Assembly (NCBI GenBank): GCA_964409225.1
Contig: CAYPCM010000001.1
Coordinates: 32,173-96,172, forward strand
DNA: 64,000 nt
DNA from: an uncultured Candidatus Saccharibacteria bacterium
Lineage (GTDB): Bacteria; Patescibacteriota; Minisyncoccia; JACPXH01
Direction: 5' to 3'
Numbering within the stretch: position 1 is the first letter of the stretch; the number at the start of each line of letters is the position of its first letter. The translations under genes and the position numbers were made by a program. The notes under the pieces were generated by a model, which saw nothing but the letters and a program-made list of their open reading frames with translations, ran no database searches and was not told the DNA's origin. Below are positions 29,335 through 38,122 of the stretch, piece after piece.

Positions 29335-30173
29335 CCATGACCATCAACCGCACTTTTGCCTTTGGCATCATTCTTCTCGGCGCGCTCGTCGTTACGGCAT
29401 TGAGTTTTGTGCTCGTTTCTTTTCAGGGCAGCACGCCATCGGCAACCAATGTCGCACCCATTCCTGAGCCGGAAAATCAGGCTTACCTTCCAAGCGTTCT
29501 CAACTCTTTGTCGGGAATGGTGGTAAAGCGCGATGCCGGATCAATCGTTATGCAGGTGCGCATACCCGAATCAGCTGACGCGTCTAAACTCCGCGCCGAG
29601 GAACGCGTTGTCAGATGGTTAAAAGACACCAAGTTTCTGATGTCCGATGACTACCCCACCGATAAAACTCCGGCGAAAGAGATAAAATCAGAGGACGTTA
29701 AAGTCGGTGACGCAGTTGTCGCAACTTCAGATGAAAATATTCGTTCGAGCCGGCAATTTGCGGCTAAATCAGTTACTGTATATGGGCGGGTGGGGGATAT
29801 TCCGATTGGACAGTTCTCACTTGAGTCCGGGCCGGTAATAGGACAGTTGATTAAGATTCAGGGATATACGCTGACTGTTAAATTTGAACCTCTAAAGCCG
29901 TTTGGCGATCTAAAAAATCCGGGGCCAGAACTTATACCGCCGGGGACTTGGGTTGTGCGGCTGGGAAGTTCGGCGAGTTTCAACAAAGTCGTCTGGCCAA
30001 GACCAAAATCTTCGCCTACCCCCCCAAGCTCATCGTCGCCAATAAGCATCACTCCAATCTCCATTGGCGATTTGGCCGCAGATACTGCGGTGGCGGTATA
30101 TTTTTCAGCAAAAGACGAGGCGAATAAGATATTAGAGTCCAACCATATTGACATAGTGGAAACGCAAAAATAA
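29331..30173 (+). CDS. Membrane-anchored hypothetical protein
   Basis: N-terminal TM; operon with flanking secreted-protein genes. Confidence 0.4.
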   Translation: MTMTINRTFAFGIILLGALVVTALSFVLVSFQGSTPSATNVAPIPEPENQAYLPSVLNSLSGMVVKRDAGSIVMQVRIPESADASKLRAEERVVRWLKDTKFLMSDDYPTDKTPAKEIKSEDVKVGDAVVATSDENIRSSRQFAAKSVTVYGRVGDIPIGQFSLESGPVIGQLIKIQGYTLTVKFEPLKPFGDLKNPGPELIPPGTWVVRLGSSASFNKVVWPRPKSSPTPPSSSSPISITPISIGDLAADTAVAVYFSAKDEANKILESNHIDIVETQK

Positions 30174-30178
30174 TTATT

Positions 30179-31885
30179 ATGTCAAACAGATTTAAATATC
30201 ATAGAGTAATCATTGCCGCCGCAGTGATTTTCAGCGGATTGTTTGCCGTGATCTTTTCAAATCCGGCGGAGGTCTACGCCGACAGGTGTATAGGCAATGA
30301 TTGGTATGTTTACGGGCCGAACGGATCAGCTTGCGGATATACGGAAACATGCAATCCACCCGATCCAACTTGGTACCATCTTGATGAACCGCCCACGTAT
30401 TTTGTAGCTTATCCTGGCGTGTACTTATATTGCACCTGGTTTGGCGCCGAGCAACTATCGGGGTGGACTTACGGCGCCCCTTATTGGTACCAAAAGCCGC
30501 AAAGGGTGCCACAATCCTGCGAATATCTTCAAACCAAAAACGATCCTCGATGCTTAGCTCCGTCGGGCGCCCCGGGCGCGCTTTCAACTTCATGCCCTAT
30601 CCCGGGAACGAGCGCGACTGTTTCCTGGGGTTCTGTGCCTGGAGCTACCTACTACGCGTTGCGGGTAAATAATACCGCTGACGGGTGGGATGGAAGTTGT
30701 TCGTCACCCCAAGGCGATCTTTGTTCAAATGTTTTCGGTACGGGGTACACCTTTACCTCGCGAGCAGGTAATACCTATGGTTGGTGGGTGCATGCCTGCA
30801 ATAGTAATGGGTGTAGTAGTCCAGCCAACGGACCAAACTTCACTTGCTCCTCGGCTCCTATTCGTCCTTCTATCCCCGGTACGCCTTCGGTTTCTCCCAA
30901 TCCCAGTAACGTAGGGGACACCCTTAGTTTTTTTTGGGGAGCCGCAAGCGGCGCGACCTCTTATGTAGTTGATACTCAAAGCGGGACGTGTATTTCTGAA
31001 GGATGTTTTCCCGGAGATAGGACTACTATGACTAGCAGTGGATATTCTGCCGGTGCTAATTGGGTAAGGGTTAAGGCCTGTAATTCCAGTGGTTGCAGTT
31101 CTTATTCCCCTCAAACCAATTTTACGGTGAATTCGCCTCCGCCGCCACCGCCGCAGAATTTGCGGATTACGCCGGCAGGCACCCAGAGGCACGGCGATGT
31201 TGCGACGATCCAGTGGGATCCGGTTAGCGGAGCGACGTCCTACCTTTTCTTTTCCTCTTGGCCGGTTTGCGTCAGCGGTTGTCAGCTTGCCGGAACGCAG
31301 GTTGGCCCAGGAGTAAACACATCGGTTGGTTCGGGCACCCATTCGTTCTGGGTCAAGGCCTGCAACGCCACCGGTTGCGGAGGTTCGACGATCCCGGTGT
31401 ACTTTGCGGTTCAATCGAACAACGCCGCGTTCGTGTCGCAGAAAATCAATAATCAGTCCAACCCCATCTCCTTTAACGTCCCGCCTGGTCAGACGACTTT
31501 CAGCGTGGAGCTGACGTTCCAGAATACCGGGGACGCAACATGGGACAATCCGGGGGGATACGTGCTTAGAAGCAAGAACCCGGACGGGAATACCACGTGG
31601 GGTAGTTCCGAGGTGCAGCTTGTTCCTTCGGCTGCAGATCGGACGACGGTTTTAAAGAATCAGCAGGTTAAGTTCTCTGGACCAGTTCCGGCGCCGACGA
31701 ACCCCGGCACCTACCAATTCCAGTGGCAGATGTATCGCAAGACGACAACCGCGGGCTTCCCGGACTACGGGTATTTCGGTACTGCCTCGACGAACGTGAC
31801 CATCACCGTGCCGGGTCCGGTATCAGCCCAGCCGATCAGGGTGCAACTCCAGATTCGCGCCAAACAGCATTTGCCGATTCAGTAA
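30179..31885 (+). CDS. Secreted Cys-rich protein with FN3-like repeats
   Basis: Signal/TM; repeated …GATSY…V.AC…GCS… modules; 568 aa. Confidence 0.45.
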   Translation: MSNRFKYHRVIIAAAVIFSGLFAVIFSNPAEVYADRCIGNDWYVYGPNGSACGYTETCNPPDPTWYHLDEPPTYFVAYPGVYLYCTWFGAEQLSGWTYGAPYWYQKPQRVPQSCEYLQTKNDPRCLAPSGAPGALSTSCPIPGTSATVSWGSVPGATYYALRVNNTADGWDGSCSSPQGDLCSNVFGTGYTFTSRAGNTYGWWVHACNSNGCSSPANGPNFTCSSAPIRPSIPGTPSVSPNPSNVGDTLSFFWGAASGATSYVVDTQSGTCISEGCFPGDRTTMTSSGYSAGANWVRVKACNSSGCSSYSPQTNFTVNSPPPPPPQNLRITPAGTQRHGDVATIQWDPVSGATSYLFFSSWPVCVSGCQLAGTQVGPGVNTSVGSGTHSFWVKACNATGCGGSTIPVYFAVQSNNAAFVSQKINNQSNPISFNVPPGQTTFSVELTFQNTGDATWDNPGGYVLRSKNPDGNTTWGSSEVQLVPSAADRTTVLKNQQVKFSGPVPAPTNPGTYQFQWQMYRKTTTAGFPDYGYFGTASTNVTITVPGPVSAQPIRVQLQIRAKQHLPIQ

Positions 31886-32043
31886 GCACATTCTCGGTTC
31901 AGTATTCGGAAGGTCTCTGCGCTAGCAGGCCTTTTCGACGTGTGCGAATGTCCACTTGACTGCCGCCGGTGGATGGCTATACTGGAGCTATAACAGTACT
32001 GTATCACCCCCGAAAAGGGAGGGCGAATATTGGGATACAATCT

Positions 32044-32361
32044 ATGCCCAAAGAGGTGAGCGCCCTCAAGATGCGCCACAATCTGGGAGAGATCTTGAAT
32101 CAGGTCGCCAACCAGCGGCTCCGCTTTGTGGTGAAGCGCGCCGGCATCCCCGCGGCAATCCTCATGAGCATCCAGGACTACGAGGACTTGGAGGACCTGG
32201 TCGAAACAGCCGTCGAGGAGGCGGGTCCCAAGTTCCAGCGGAGTTTGCTCGAGGGTCGTAAGGCCATTGACGCGGGCCGCTTCACGACCGCGGCGGATCT
32301 ACGGCGGGACTTGCGGCGGAAAGAGGCGAAGGTGCGCCGGACGGGGAAAAGGAGCCGCTAA
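32044..32361 (+). CDS. Phd/YefM family antitoxin (start at MPKEV, 32044)
   Basis: MPKEVSALKMRHNLGEILNQV…RFVVKRAGIPAAILMSIQDYEDLEDLVE Phd/YefM signature. Confidence 0.7.
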   Translation: MPKEVSALKMRHNLGEILNQVANQRLRFVVKRAGIPAAILMSIQDYEDLEDLVETAVEEAGPKFQRSLLEGRKAIDAGRFTTAADLRRDLRRKEAKVRRTGKRSR

Positions 32362-32375
32362 GTCCGCTCGAGCGC

Positions 32376-32627
32376 ATGGCCTTCACCCTCCGGTATGCGC
32401 CGCAGGCCCGCAAGGATTTCGGTCGCTTGGATGTCGAGACGCTCCGGCGTATTCTCGCCGCGCTGTAAGAGCTCTGTGCGAACCCGCACACAGGCGGGAT
32501 TCTGCGGGGCAAGAAGGTGGGCCGGCGTAAATTCAGGGTTGGCGACTACCGGATTCGTTATGACATCGTCGGCCAGTACGTGGACATCTATCGGGTGCGC
32601 CACCGACGGGAGGTATATCGGGATTGA
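32376..32627 (+). pseudogene. RelE/ParE-family toxin gene interrupted by in-frame TAA (codon 31)
   Basis: MAFTLRYAPQARKDFGRLDVETLRRILAAL*ELCANPHTGGILRGKKVGRRKFRVGDYRIRYDIVGQYVDIYRVRHRREVYRD in a single frame; TAA at 32466..32468. Confidence 0.6.
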
Positions 32628-32706
32628 GAAATGTCCGGTCCGCTGGCGAAAAACCATTAATAGGAGGGTCTGACCCTACTATTACAAGAGGAGATTTTTT
32701 GGAGTT

Positions 32707-33168
32707 ATGAAGCGTACGGACGCGCCCCAACTAATCATTCATGCCGATGGCGGCTCACGGGGCAACCCCGGGCCGGCGGCGTTGGGCGTGGTCATTGAGC
32801 CGGCGGCTGGTTCGGATCTTAAACCGGGTCGGAAAGAATACGCCGAATACTTAGGCGAGCTTACGAACAACGAAGCCGAATACCGCGCGCTTATTTTTGC
32901 CCTGAAAAAAGCCAAACAGCTTTATGGCAAAGACAAAATTGCCAAGGCGGCGGTGGAGGTGCGAATGGATTCTGAGCTGGTGGTCAAGCACCTCAACGCC
33001 GAATATAAAATTGAGGACGAAAAGCTCCAGCCGTTATTTCTTGAAGCGTGGAATCTGAGGCAGGATTTCGGTTCGGTGCGCCTTATCGCCGTCCCGCGTC
33101 AGAACAACCGCCGGGCGGATGCGTTGGTGAACCGCGTGCTCGACCAGCAGGGGAGTCGGCTGCTCTAG
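32707..33168 (+). CDS. rnhA: Ribonuclease HI
   Basis: IHADGGSRGNPGPAA…TNNEAEYRALI…DSELVV RNase H catalytic motifs. Confidence 0.85.
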   Translation: MKRTDAPQLIIHADGGSRGNPGPAALGVVIEPAAGSDLKPGRKEYAEYLGELTNNEAEYRALIFALKKAKQLYGKDKIAKAAVEVRMDSELVVKHLNAEYKIEDEKLQPLFLEAWNLRQDFGSVRLIAVPRQNNRRADALVNRVLDQQGSRLL

Positions 33169-33229
33169 TCCACTCTCATCTTGATTATTGATGGGTTTAA
33201 GTATATACTTTGTGTATACATACTTTGTT

Positions 33230-33472
33230 ATGAGCACCAAAGTTCAAAAATGGGGCAACAGTCTTGCCGTGCGGCTGCCGAAAGAAGTCGCCGTTAAGTT
33301 TGGTTTGAAAGAGGGGGCGGTAGTCCAAATCGTGCCGTCGGTGAAAAACATTATCTTGAAACCCGTTTCCAGGAAAAGGTTAACATTGCGGGATCTCGTG
33401 GGGGAAATTACCCCCAAGAATAGGCACGACGAGGTTTCGTGGGGTAAACCCCGCGGTAGAGAAGTATGGTAG
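33230..33472 (+). CDS. mazE: MazE/AbrB-type antitoxin
   Basis: KVQKWGNSLAVRLPKEV… SpoVT/AbrB swapped-hairpin motif; overlaps mazF. Confidence 0.7.
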   Translation: MSTKVQKWGNSLAVRLPKEVAVKFGLKEGAVVQIVPSVKNIILKPVSRKRLTLRDLVGEITPKNRHDEVSWGKPRGREVW

Positions 33473-33804
33473 CTAGAAATTATATCCCCGGCCGAGGCGA
33501 TGTAGTGTGGGCGGACTTTGATCCGGTTAGGGGCCACGAAGAGCAAGGCCGCCGACCCGCTTTCGCCGTTTCTTCGCTCGAATACAATTCGCGTTCCGGC
33601 CTCGTTCTGTTGTGTCCGATAACTTCCAAACCCAAAGGATATCCGTTTGAGGTGGCGATAAATCTGGCGAAGATTAAGGGAGTAATTCTGGCCGATCAGG
33701 TTCGCAGCGTTGACCGGAGTAAACGCAGAATCAAGTTCATAGCCAAGGCGGACTATTCGGTGCTTGAGAAAGTGCGGGAAAGGTTGGCGTTACTGATAAA
33801 TTAG
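33466..33804 (+). CDS. mazF: MazF/PemK family mRNA interferase toxin
   Basis: PGRGDVVWADFDPVRGHEQ.GRRPA…VLLCPITSK PemK/MazF signature. Confidence 0.75.
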   Translation: MVARNYIPGRGDVVWADFDPVRGHEEQGRRPAFAVSSLEYNSRSGLVLLCPITSKPKGYPFEVAINLAKIKGVILADQVRSVDRSKRRIKFIAKADYSVLEKVRERLALLIN

Positions 33805-34017
33805 ATATGGTTAAGGTTAGGGTTCATCAGCAAAGAGACGTTCCCGAACAGCACCTTCCGATCAGGAAAGAGGATAAACATTCTCGCATTGCCGCCTTGT
33901 TTCCTGCGGTGGGCGTGATGTTTTCTCCTCGCGATATCGAAGAAGTGGTATCAGAAATTCGGAGTAACGGACACGATGCAACCCTTGATCAGCGCGCGAG
34001 TAAACTTTTCTGAGCCA

Positions 34018-34046
34018 TTGACAAGCGAAAATAACCGCAGTATACT
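34018..34046 (+). promoter_or_regulatory. Sigma70-type promoter for rnpB (TTGACA-17-TATACT)
   Basis: TTGACA 34018..34023, 17-nt spacer, TATACT 34041..34046; predicted +1 ~34053 coincides with P1 5' strand. Confidence 0.55.
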
Positions 34047-34054
34047 TCCGATGC

Positions 34055-34963
34055 CAAGTGGATTGGATAGTCGCGCTCATTGAAATTTCAGTGGGTGAGG
34101 AAAGTCCGAACACCCCAGCCGATGCGCGGCATCGGAAATTCGAAGCTCGAATTTCGAATTTCGAAACAAATTCAAAATTCCAAATACAAATGTTCCAAAC
34201 GTTTGGAATTTGGGATATTGGGTATTGTGATTTGTTTCGAATTTCGAATTTCGGATTTCGTGCTTCCGCTGCTGCGCAGCGGCTGGAAGTAGGCAGTCGC
34301 TAACGGCGACCGGGAGCAGCTTGTTTCATCGGCGCGGTTCACGAATTGTTGCACGTAGCGCATTCGTGACTATGTGCGACATTGACTGCGTTTAAGGATA
34401 CGAGCGAAGCCCAGGGAAAGTGCCACAGAGACATATACCGCCTGCCGATGCTTCGCATCGGGAAACTCGAAATTCGAATTTCGAAACAAATTCAAAATTC
34501 CAAATACCAATGTTCCAAACGTTTGGAATTTGGGATATTGGGTATTGTGATTTGTTTCGGATTTCGTGCTTCGGATTTGGGATTTCCGCTGCGAAGCAGC
34601 GGTTGGTAAGGGTGAAAAGAGTGGGTTCGCCTTCGTTCCGCTTTCGCGGAACTTCGGCGGAATAAACCCGCCTTCATGCGCCAGCGCGCCGGAAGGTGTG
34701 GTGAACGTAAGAGCCCACAGTTCTCGCAGGTGACTGTGAGAAGAGGAAAACCCTGCCTGGTGCAAGGTCAGCGTTTCCTCGGCAGATTTCGTCTGCCGCG
34801 GGATTCGAAAAGTTAGACCGCTAGAGGCCGCGAGCAATCGCGGTCCCAGATAGATGGCTATCAGGGCGTGCGGCCTGTAAACCCCTCCCCAGTTTGCAAA
34901 ACAAACTGGGGAGGGGGAGGAAGGGCCGCACTCCTTACAGAATTCGGCTTATAGATCCACTTG
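34055..34963 (+). ncRNA. rnpB: RNase P RNA (bacterial type A core) carrying two ~165-nt inserted palindromic modules
   Basis: P1 pairing CAAGTGGAT/ATCCACTTG; P4 strands GAGGAAAGTCCGAAC and ACAGAATTCGGCTTATAG; conserved GGGAAAGTGCCACAGAGA, GGTAAGGGTGAAAAG, AACGTAAGAGCCCACAG, GGTGCAAGGTCAG, CCAGATAGATGGCTATCAGGG blocks matching E. coli M1 RNA; ~909 nt vs ~380 expected. Confidence 0.75.
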
Positions 34964-34975
34964 ACGCCAAAAATT

Positions 34976-34996
34976 CCGCCAGCCGGCGGTTTTTTT
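34976..34996 (+). terminator. Intrinsic terminator of rnpB
   Basis: CCGCC-agcc-GGCGG + TTTTTTT. Confidence 0.6.
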
Positions 34997-35047
34997 GGTT
35001 TGAGCGCGCATTGCGTTTTTAAAGAGAATCTGCTTAAAATACCAGCA

Positions 35048-36475
35048 ATGAAGCGCATTCAACTCTTGTTTACGGCGCTTTTGGTCCCGCTCGATTATGT
35101 GGCCTTGCTATTGGCCGGCATAGCGGTTTACTCCTTGCGCACCGGCGAAGTCGGTCGGGCTGTCATTGGGCCGGTTTTGTTTGCGGCGCGCGTGCCTTTT
35201 GAGCGGTATTTTGCGCTGGTGGCCGGTGTGGCGGCTATTTGGCTTGCGGCGTTTGCATTCATCGGTCTTTATCGGTTTGAGACAACCAAAAAGCCGGTCG
35301 AAGAATTCACCAAAATTGTCATTGGCTCGACCGCCGGCATAATGACCGTCATTTTCTATATGTTCTTTCGTCAGGAAATTTTTGATTCGCGGTTTCTGGT
35401 GCTGGCGGGTTGGGTGGCGGGGATTTTAGCGGTGACGCTGGGTCGTTTTCTCATGCGCGCGATATCGCGGTCTTTGCTTATTCGTTACCAAATCGGCGCG
35501 CATAAAGTTTTGGTGATTGGCCGGGACGAAGTGTCGCGGGCGGTGGTGGCGGCCATACGCAGCGATCCAGAATCCGGTTATGTCATCGTCAAGCACTTGT
35601 TTGAGCCGAACATCGTCGCGGTGGCGGCGTCAGTTGGCAATCCCGGCGCGGACGAGATTATTTTGACCGATCCGGACTGGCCGAGGGAACGCATCATAGA
35701 ACTCATCGATTATGCGACTGATAAGCGCCTTGCCTTCAAGTTCGTGCCGAATCTGTTTCAAACGCTCACAGCCAATGTCGCCTTTGAAACAGTGGGCGGG
35801 GTGCCGCTCGTTGAGTTCAAGCGGTCTCGGCTTGACGGCTGGGGGCGAATCGCCAAAAGAAGCATCGACATATTCGGCGCTTTTGGCGGCTTCGTCGTGT
35901 TGGCGCCGGTAGCGGCGGTTATTGCGCTCGCAATCAAATTGGAATCGCCCGGCCCGGTCATTTATCGCAACCGTCGCGTGGGGCCTCGGGGCGAATTTGA
36001 AACGTTTAAGTTTCGCACGATGAAGCTTGAGTATTGCACCGATGAGCGTTATCCCAACTGGCGCCGGGCGCGCGAGTTTGAGGCGAAGCTCGTAGCCGAA
36101 CGCAGCCGTAGGCGCGGGCCGGTGTTCAAAATTATGGACGATCCGCGCCGCACCCGAGTTGGCCGTTTCCTTGAGCGCACCAGCTTAGATGAGCTGCCGC
36201 AGTTTGTGAACGTGTGGCGCGGGCACATGTCGCTGGTGGGACCGAGACCCCACATGCCTCGGGAGGTTGAGCGTTACGCGAGGCATCATCAGTTGGTGTT
36301 TAATGTAAAGCCCGGCATAACGGGTTTGGCGCAAACCTCGGGCCGTTCAGACCTCGATTTTGAAGACGAAATAAAACTCGATCTCTACTACATGGAGCAC
36401 TGGTCGCTCAAATTAGATTTTGCCATTTTGCTTAAGACGCCGTTTGTGATGTTTTTTAGGCGCCACCGGAACTAA
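35048..36475 (+). CDS. Polyprenyl-phosphate sugar phosphotransferase (WbaP/bacterial sugar transferase family)
   Basis: N-terminal TM block, C-terminal sugar-transferase domain (…KFRTM…, …PRPHMPREV…GITGLAQ…); start moved to 35048 clear of rnpB. Confidence 0.8.
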   Translation: MKRIQLLFTALLVPLDYVALLLAGIAVYSLRTGEVGRAVIGPVLFAARVPFERYFALVAGVAAIWLAAFAFIGLYRFETTKKPVEEFTKIVIGSTAGIMTVIFYMFFRQEIFDSRFLVLAGWVAGILAVTLGRFLMRAISRSLLIRYQIGAHKVLVIGRDEVSRAVVAAIRSDPESGYVIVKHLFEPNIVAVAASVGNPGADEIILTDPDWPRERIIELIDYATDKRLAFKFVPNLFQTLTANVAFETVGGVPLVEFKRSRLDGWGRIAKRSIDIFGAFGGFVVLAPVAAVIALAIKLESPGPVIYRNRRVGPRGEFETFKFRTMKLEYCTDERYPNWRRAREFEAKLVAERSRRRGPVFKIMDDPRRTRVGRFLERTSLDELPQFVNVWRGHMSLVGPRPHMPREVERYARHHQLVFNVKPGITGLAQTSGRSDLDFEDEIKLDLYYMEHWSLKLDFAILLKTPFVMFFRRHRN

Positions 36476-36518
36476 TATCAAAAATCAAAAAGCAAAGAGC
36501 AAAAATACAGATCAAAAA
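36474..36518. repeat. AT-rich inverted repeat, left arm, flanking four-helix-bundle gene
   Basis: AATATCAAAAATCAAAAAGCAAAGAGCAAAAATACAGATCAAAAA ~80% identical to reverse complement of 36916..36961. Confidence 0.4.
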
Positions 36519-36534
36519 TTCTAAAATACACAAC

Positions 36535-36909
36535 GTGGATAAGAGCGAGCAACGGCGGGCATTCAAAGTGAGGATGTATCGTTACATCTTGTGGTTGGTG
36601 AAGTTTCTGAGCGCGTTGCCGAATGCAACAGTCGTTCGAGAGATAGTGGGTCAATTGATGCGGAGCGGGACGAGCGTTGGCGCGAACTACTTTGAAGCAC
36701 AGAGCGCCAGTTCGAAGAGAGAGTACCAGAATTTCTTTCGTTACTCCCTCAAATCTGCTAACGAGTCGCTCTTTTGGCTTGCGGTGCTGCGAGACGGCGG
36801 TTTTGTGGCGGAGCGTTTACAGGCTGAATGCGCGTGGCTCTTACGGGAAACCAAAGAGTTTGCGAATATCTTTGCCGCAAGCATTCTCACCTTGAAGGGG
36901 AAGCGATAA
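36535..36909 (+). CDS. Four-helix-bundle protein (23S rRNA intervening-sequence protein family)
   Basis: …SGTSVGANYFEAQSASSKREYQNFFRYSLKSANESLFWL… matches the 'four helix bundle protein' family. Confidence 0.65.
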   Translation: MDKSEQRRAFKVRMYRYILWLVKFLSALPNATVVREIVGQLMRSGTSVGANYFEAQSASSKREYQNFFRYSLKSANESLFWLAVLRDGGFVAERLQAECAWLLRETKEFANIFAASILTLKGKR

Positions 36910-36915
36910 TCTTTC

Positions 36916-36961
36916 ATTTTTACCTTGTATTTTTGCTATTTGATTTTTTATTTTTGATATT
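36916..36961. repeat. AT-rich inverted repeat, right arm
   Basis: TTTTTACCTTGTATTTTTGCTATTTGATTTTTTATTTTTGATATT, reverse-complement-similar to 36474..36518. Confidence 0.4.
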
Positions 36962-36967
36962 GTAATC

Positions 36968-38119
36968 ATGCGCGTTGCATTGGTTCACGACTACCTCACC
37001 CAATACGGCGGCTCTGAACGCGTACTCGGGGCGCTGTGCGAATTGTTTCCGGATGCGCCCATTTATACGCTTTTAAGCGATGATCGTCTTACCGGCGGGG
37101 CGTTTCGCCGCTGCGTTATCCGCACCAGTTTTCTGCAGCGTTGGCCTTTGGCACGCCGGCACCATCGGTTGTTTTTGCCGTTTATGCCGCTGGCAGCGGA
37201 ATCGTTCAACCTAGCCGAATACGATCTTGTTATTTCCGATTCAGCCAGTTTTGCCAAGGGGGTTATTACCAAGCCCAGTACGCTGCACATAAACTATTGT
37301 CACACTCCCACTCGCTACCTGTGGCTGGATTCGCACCGGCATGTCGCTGACTTTCCGGCGCCGCGCTTCGCCCGCCGGCTAATGCCAGCGGCTCTTACGT
37401 ATTTGCGGCTGTGGGACATTGAGGCCGCAGGGCGAGTGGATTATTTCGTGGCCAATTCCCGGTGCGTGGCCGAGCGAATAAGAAAGTTTTACCGCCGCGA
37501 GGCCGCAGTAATTTATCCGCCGGTTTTTACTGACCGCTTTCAGGTGGGCGGGCCGCCGCAGGGTGCATACCTCATGGTCGGGCGCCTTCTGCCGTATAAA
37601 AGTTTTGATATCGCCATTCACGCGTTTAATCTCCTGCGCTATCCGCTCATTATCGTGGGCGACGGTCCGGAGCGCCGGCGCCTAGAGCGGCTGGCCGGGC
37701 CCACCGTCAATTTTCTCGGGCTTGTGTCAGACGCCGCGCTCCGGCGCTACTATCAGCATGCGGCCGGGTTTGTATTTGCGGGCGAGGATGATTTTGGCAT
37801 TGCGCCGGTGGAAGCCATGGCGTGCGGACGGCCCGTGATTGCGTATGGCGCCGGCGGGGCGCTGGAAACAGTGGTGGATGGCGTGACCGGCGTTTTCTTC
37901 AGCGAGCAAACGCCAGCGGCGATTGCAGCCGCGGTCAAGCGCGCCGAGCGACTTACGTTTTACCCCGAGCGTATCCGCGAGCACGCGCTAAGGTTTGATG
38001 CGGAGATTTTCAAGCGTGAGTTTCGTGGTTTTGTCGAAATCGCTTGGCAGACGTGGCAGGGCGTGCGGCGGGCTCCAATGCCGGTGCAGGCATCGTTTCC
38101 GATAGGGGTGTCTGCCTGA
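36968..38119 (+). CDS. Glycosyltransferase family 4
   Basis: GT-B fold; …GEDDFGIAPVEAMACGRPVIAYGAGG… EX7E region. Confidence 0.75.
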   Translation: MRVALVHDYLTQYGGSERVLGALCELFPDAPIYTLLSDDRLTGGAFRRCVIRTSFLQRWPLARRHHRLFLPFMPLAAESFNLAEYDLVISDSASFAKGVITKPSTLHINYCHTPTRYLWLDSHRHVADFPAPRFARRLMPAALTYLRLWDIEAAGRVDYFVANSRCVAERIRKFYRREAAVIYPPVFTDRFQVGGPPQGAYLMVGRLLPYKSFDIAIHAFNLLRYPLIIVGDGPERRRLERLAGPTVNFLGLVSDAALRRYYQHAAGFVFAGEDDFGIAPVEAMACGRPVIAYGAGGALETVVDGVTGVFFSEQTPAAIAAAVKRAERLTFYPERIREHALRFDAEIFKREFRGFVEIAWQTWQGVRRAPMPVQASFPIGVSA

Positions 38120-38122
38120 CGC

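Noticed and set aside
32466-32468. In-frame TAA in the RelE-like gene as possible stop-codon recoding
   Set aside because: Neighbouring genes use TAA as an ordinary terminator (e.g. the GT2, sugar-transferase and LAGLIDADG genes). Nonsense mutation or sequencing error is the simpler explanation.
34117-34606. Two direct repeats ~325 bp apart considered as a mini CRISPR-like array or as coding ORFs (34370..34837 minus, 34382..34609, 34420..34665)
   Set aside because: Only two copies, a 325-bp period and internal palindromes. They are embedded between conserved RNase P RNA blocks under one promoter, so they are interpreted as rnpB insertions. The ORFs are low-complexity translations of the repeats.
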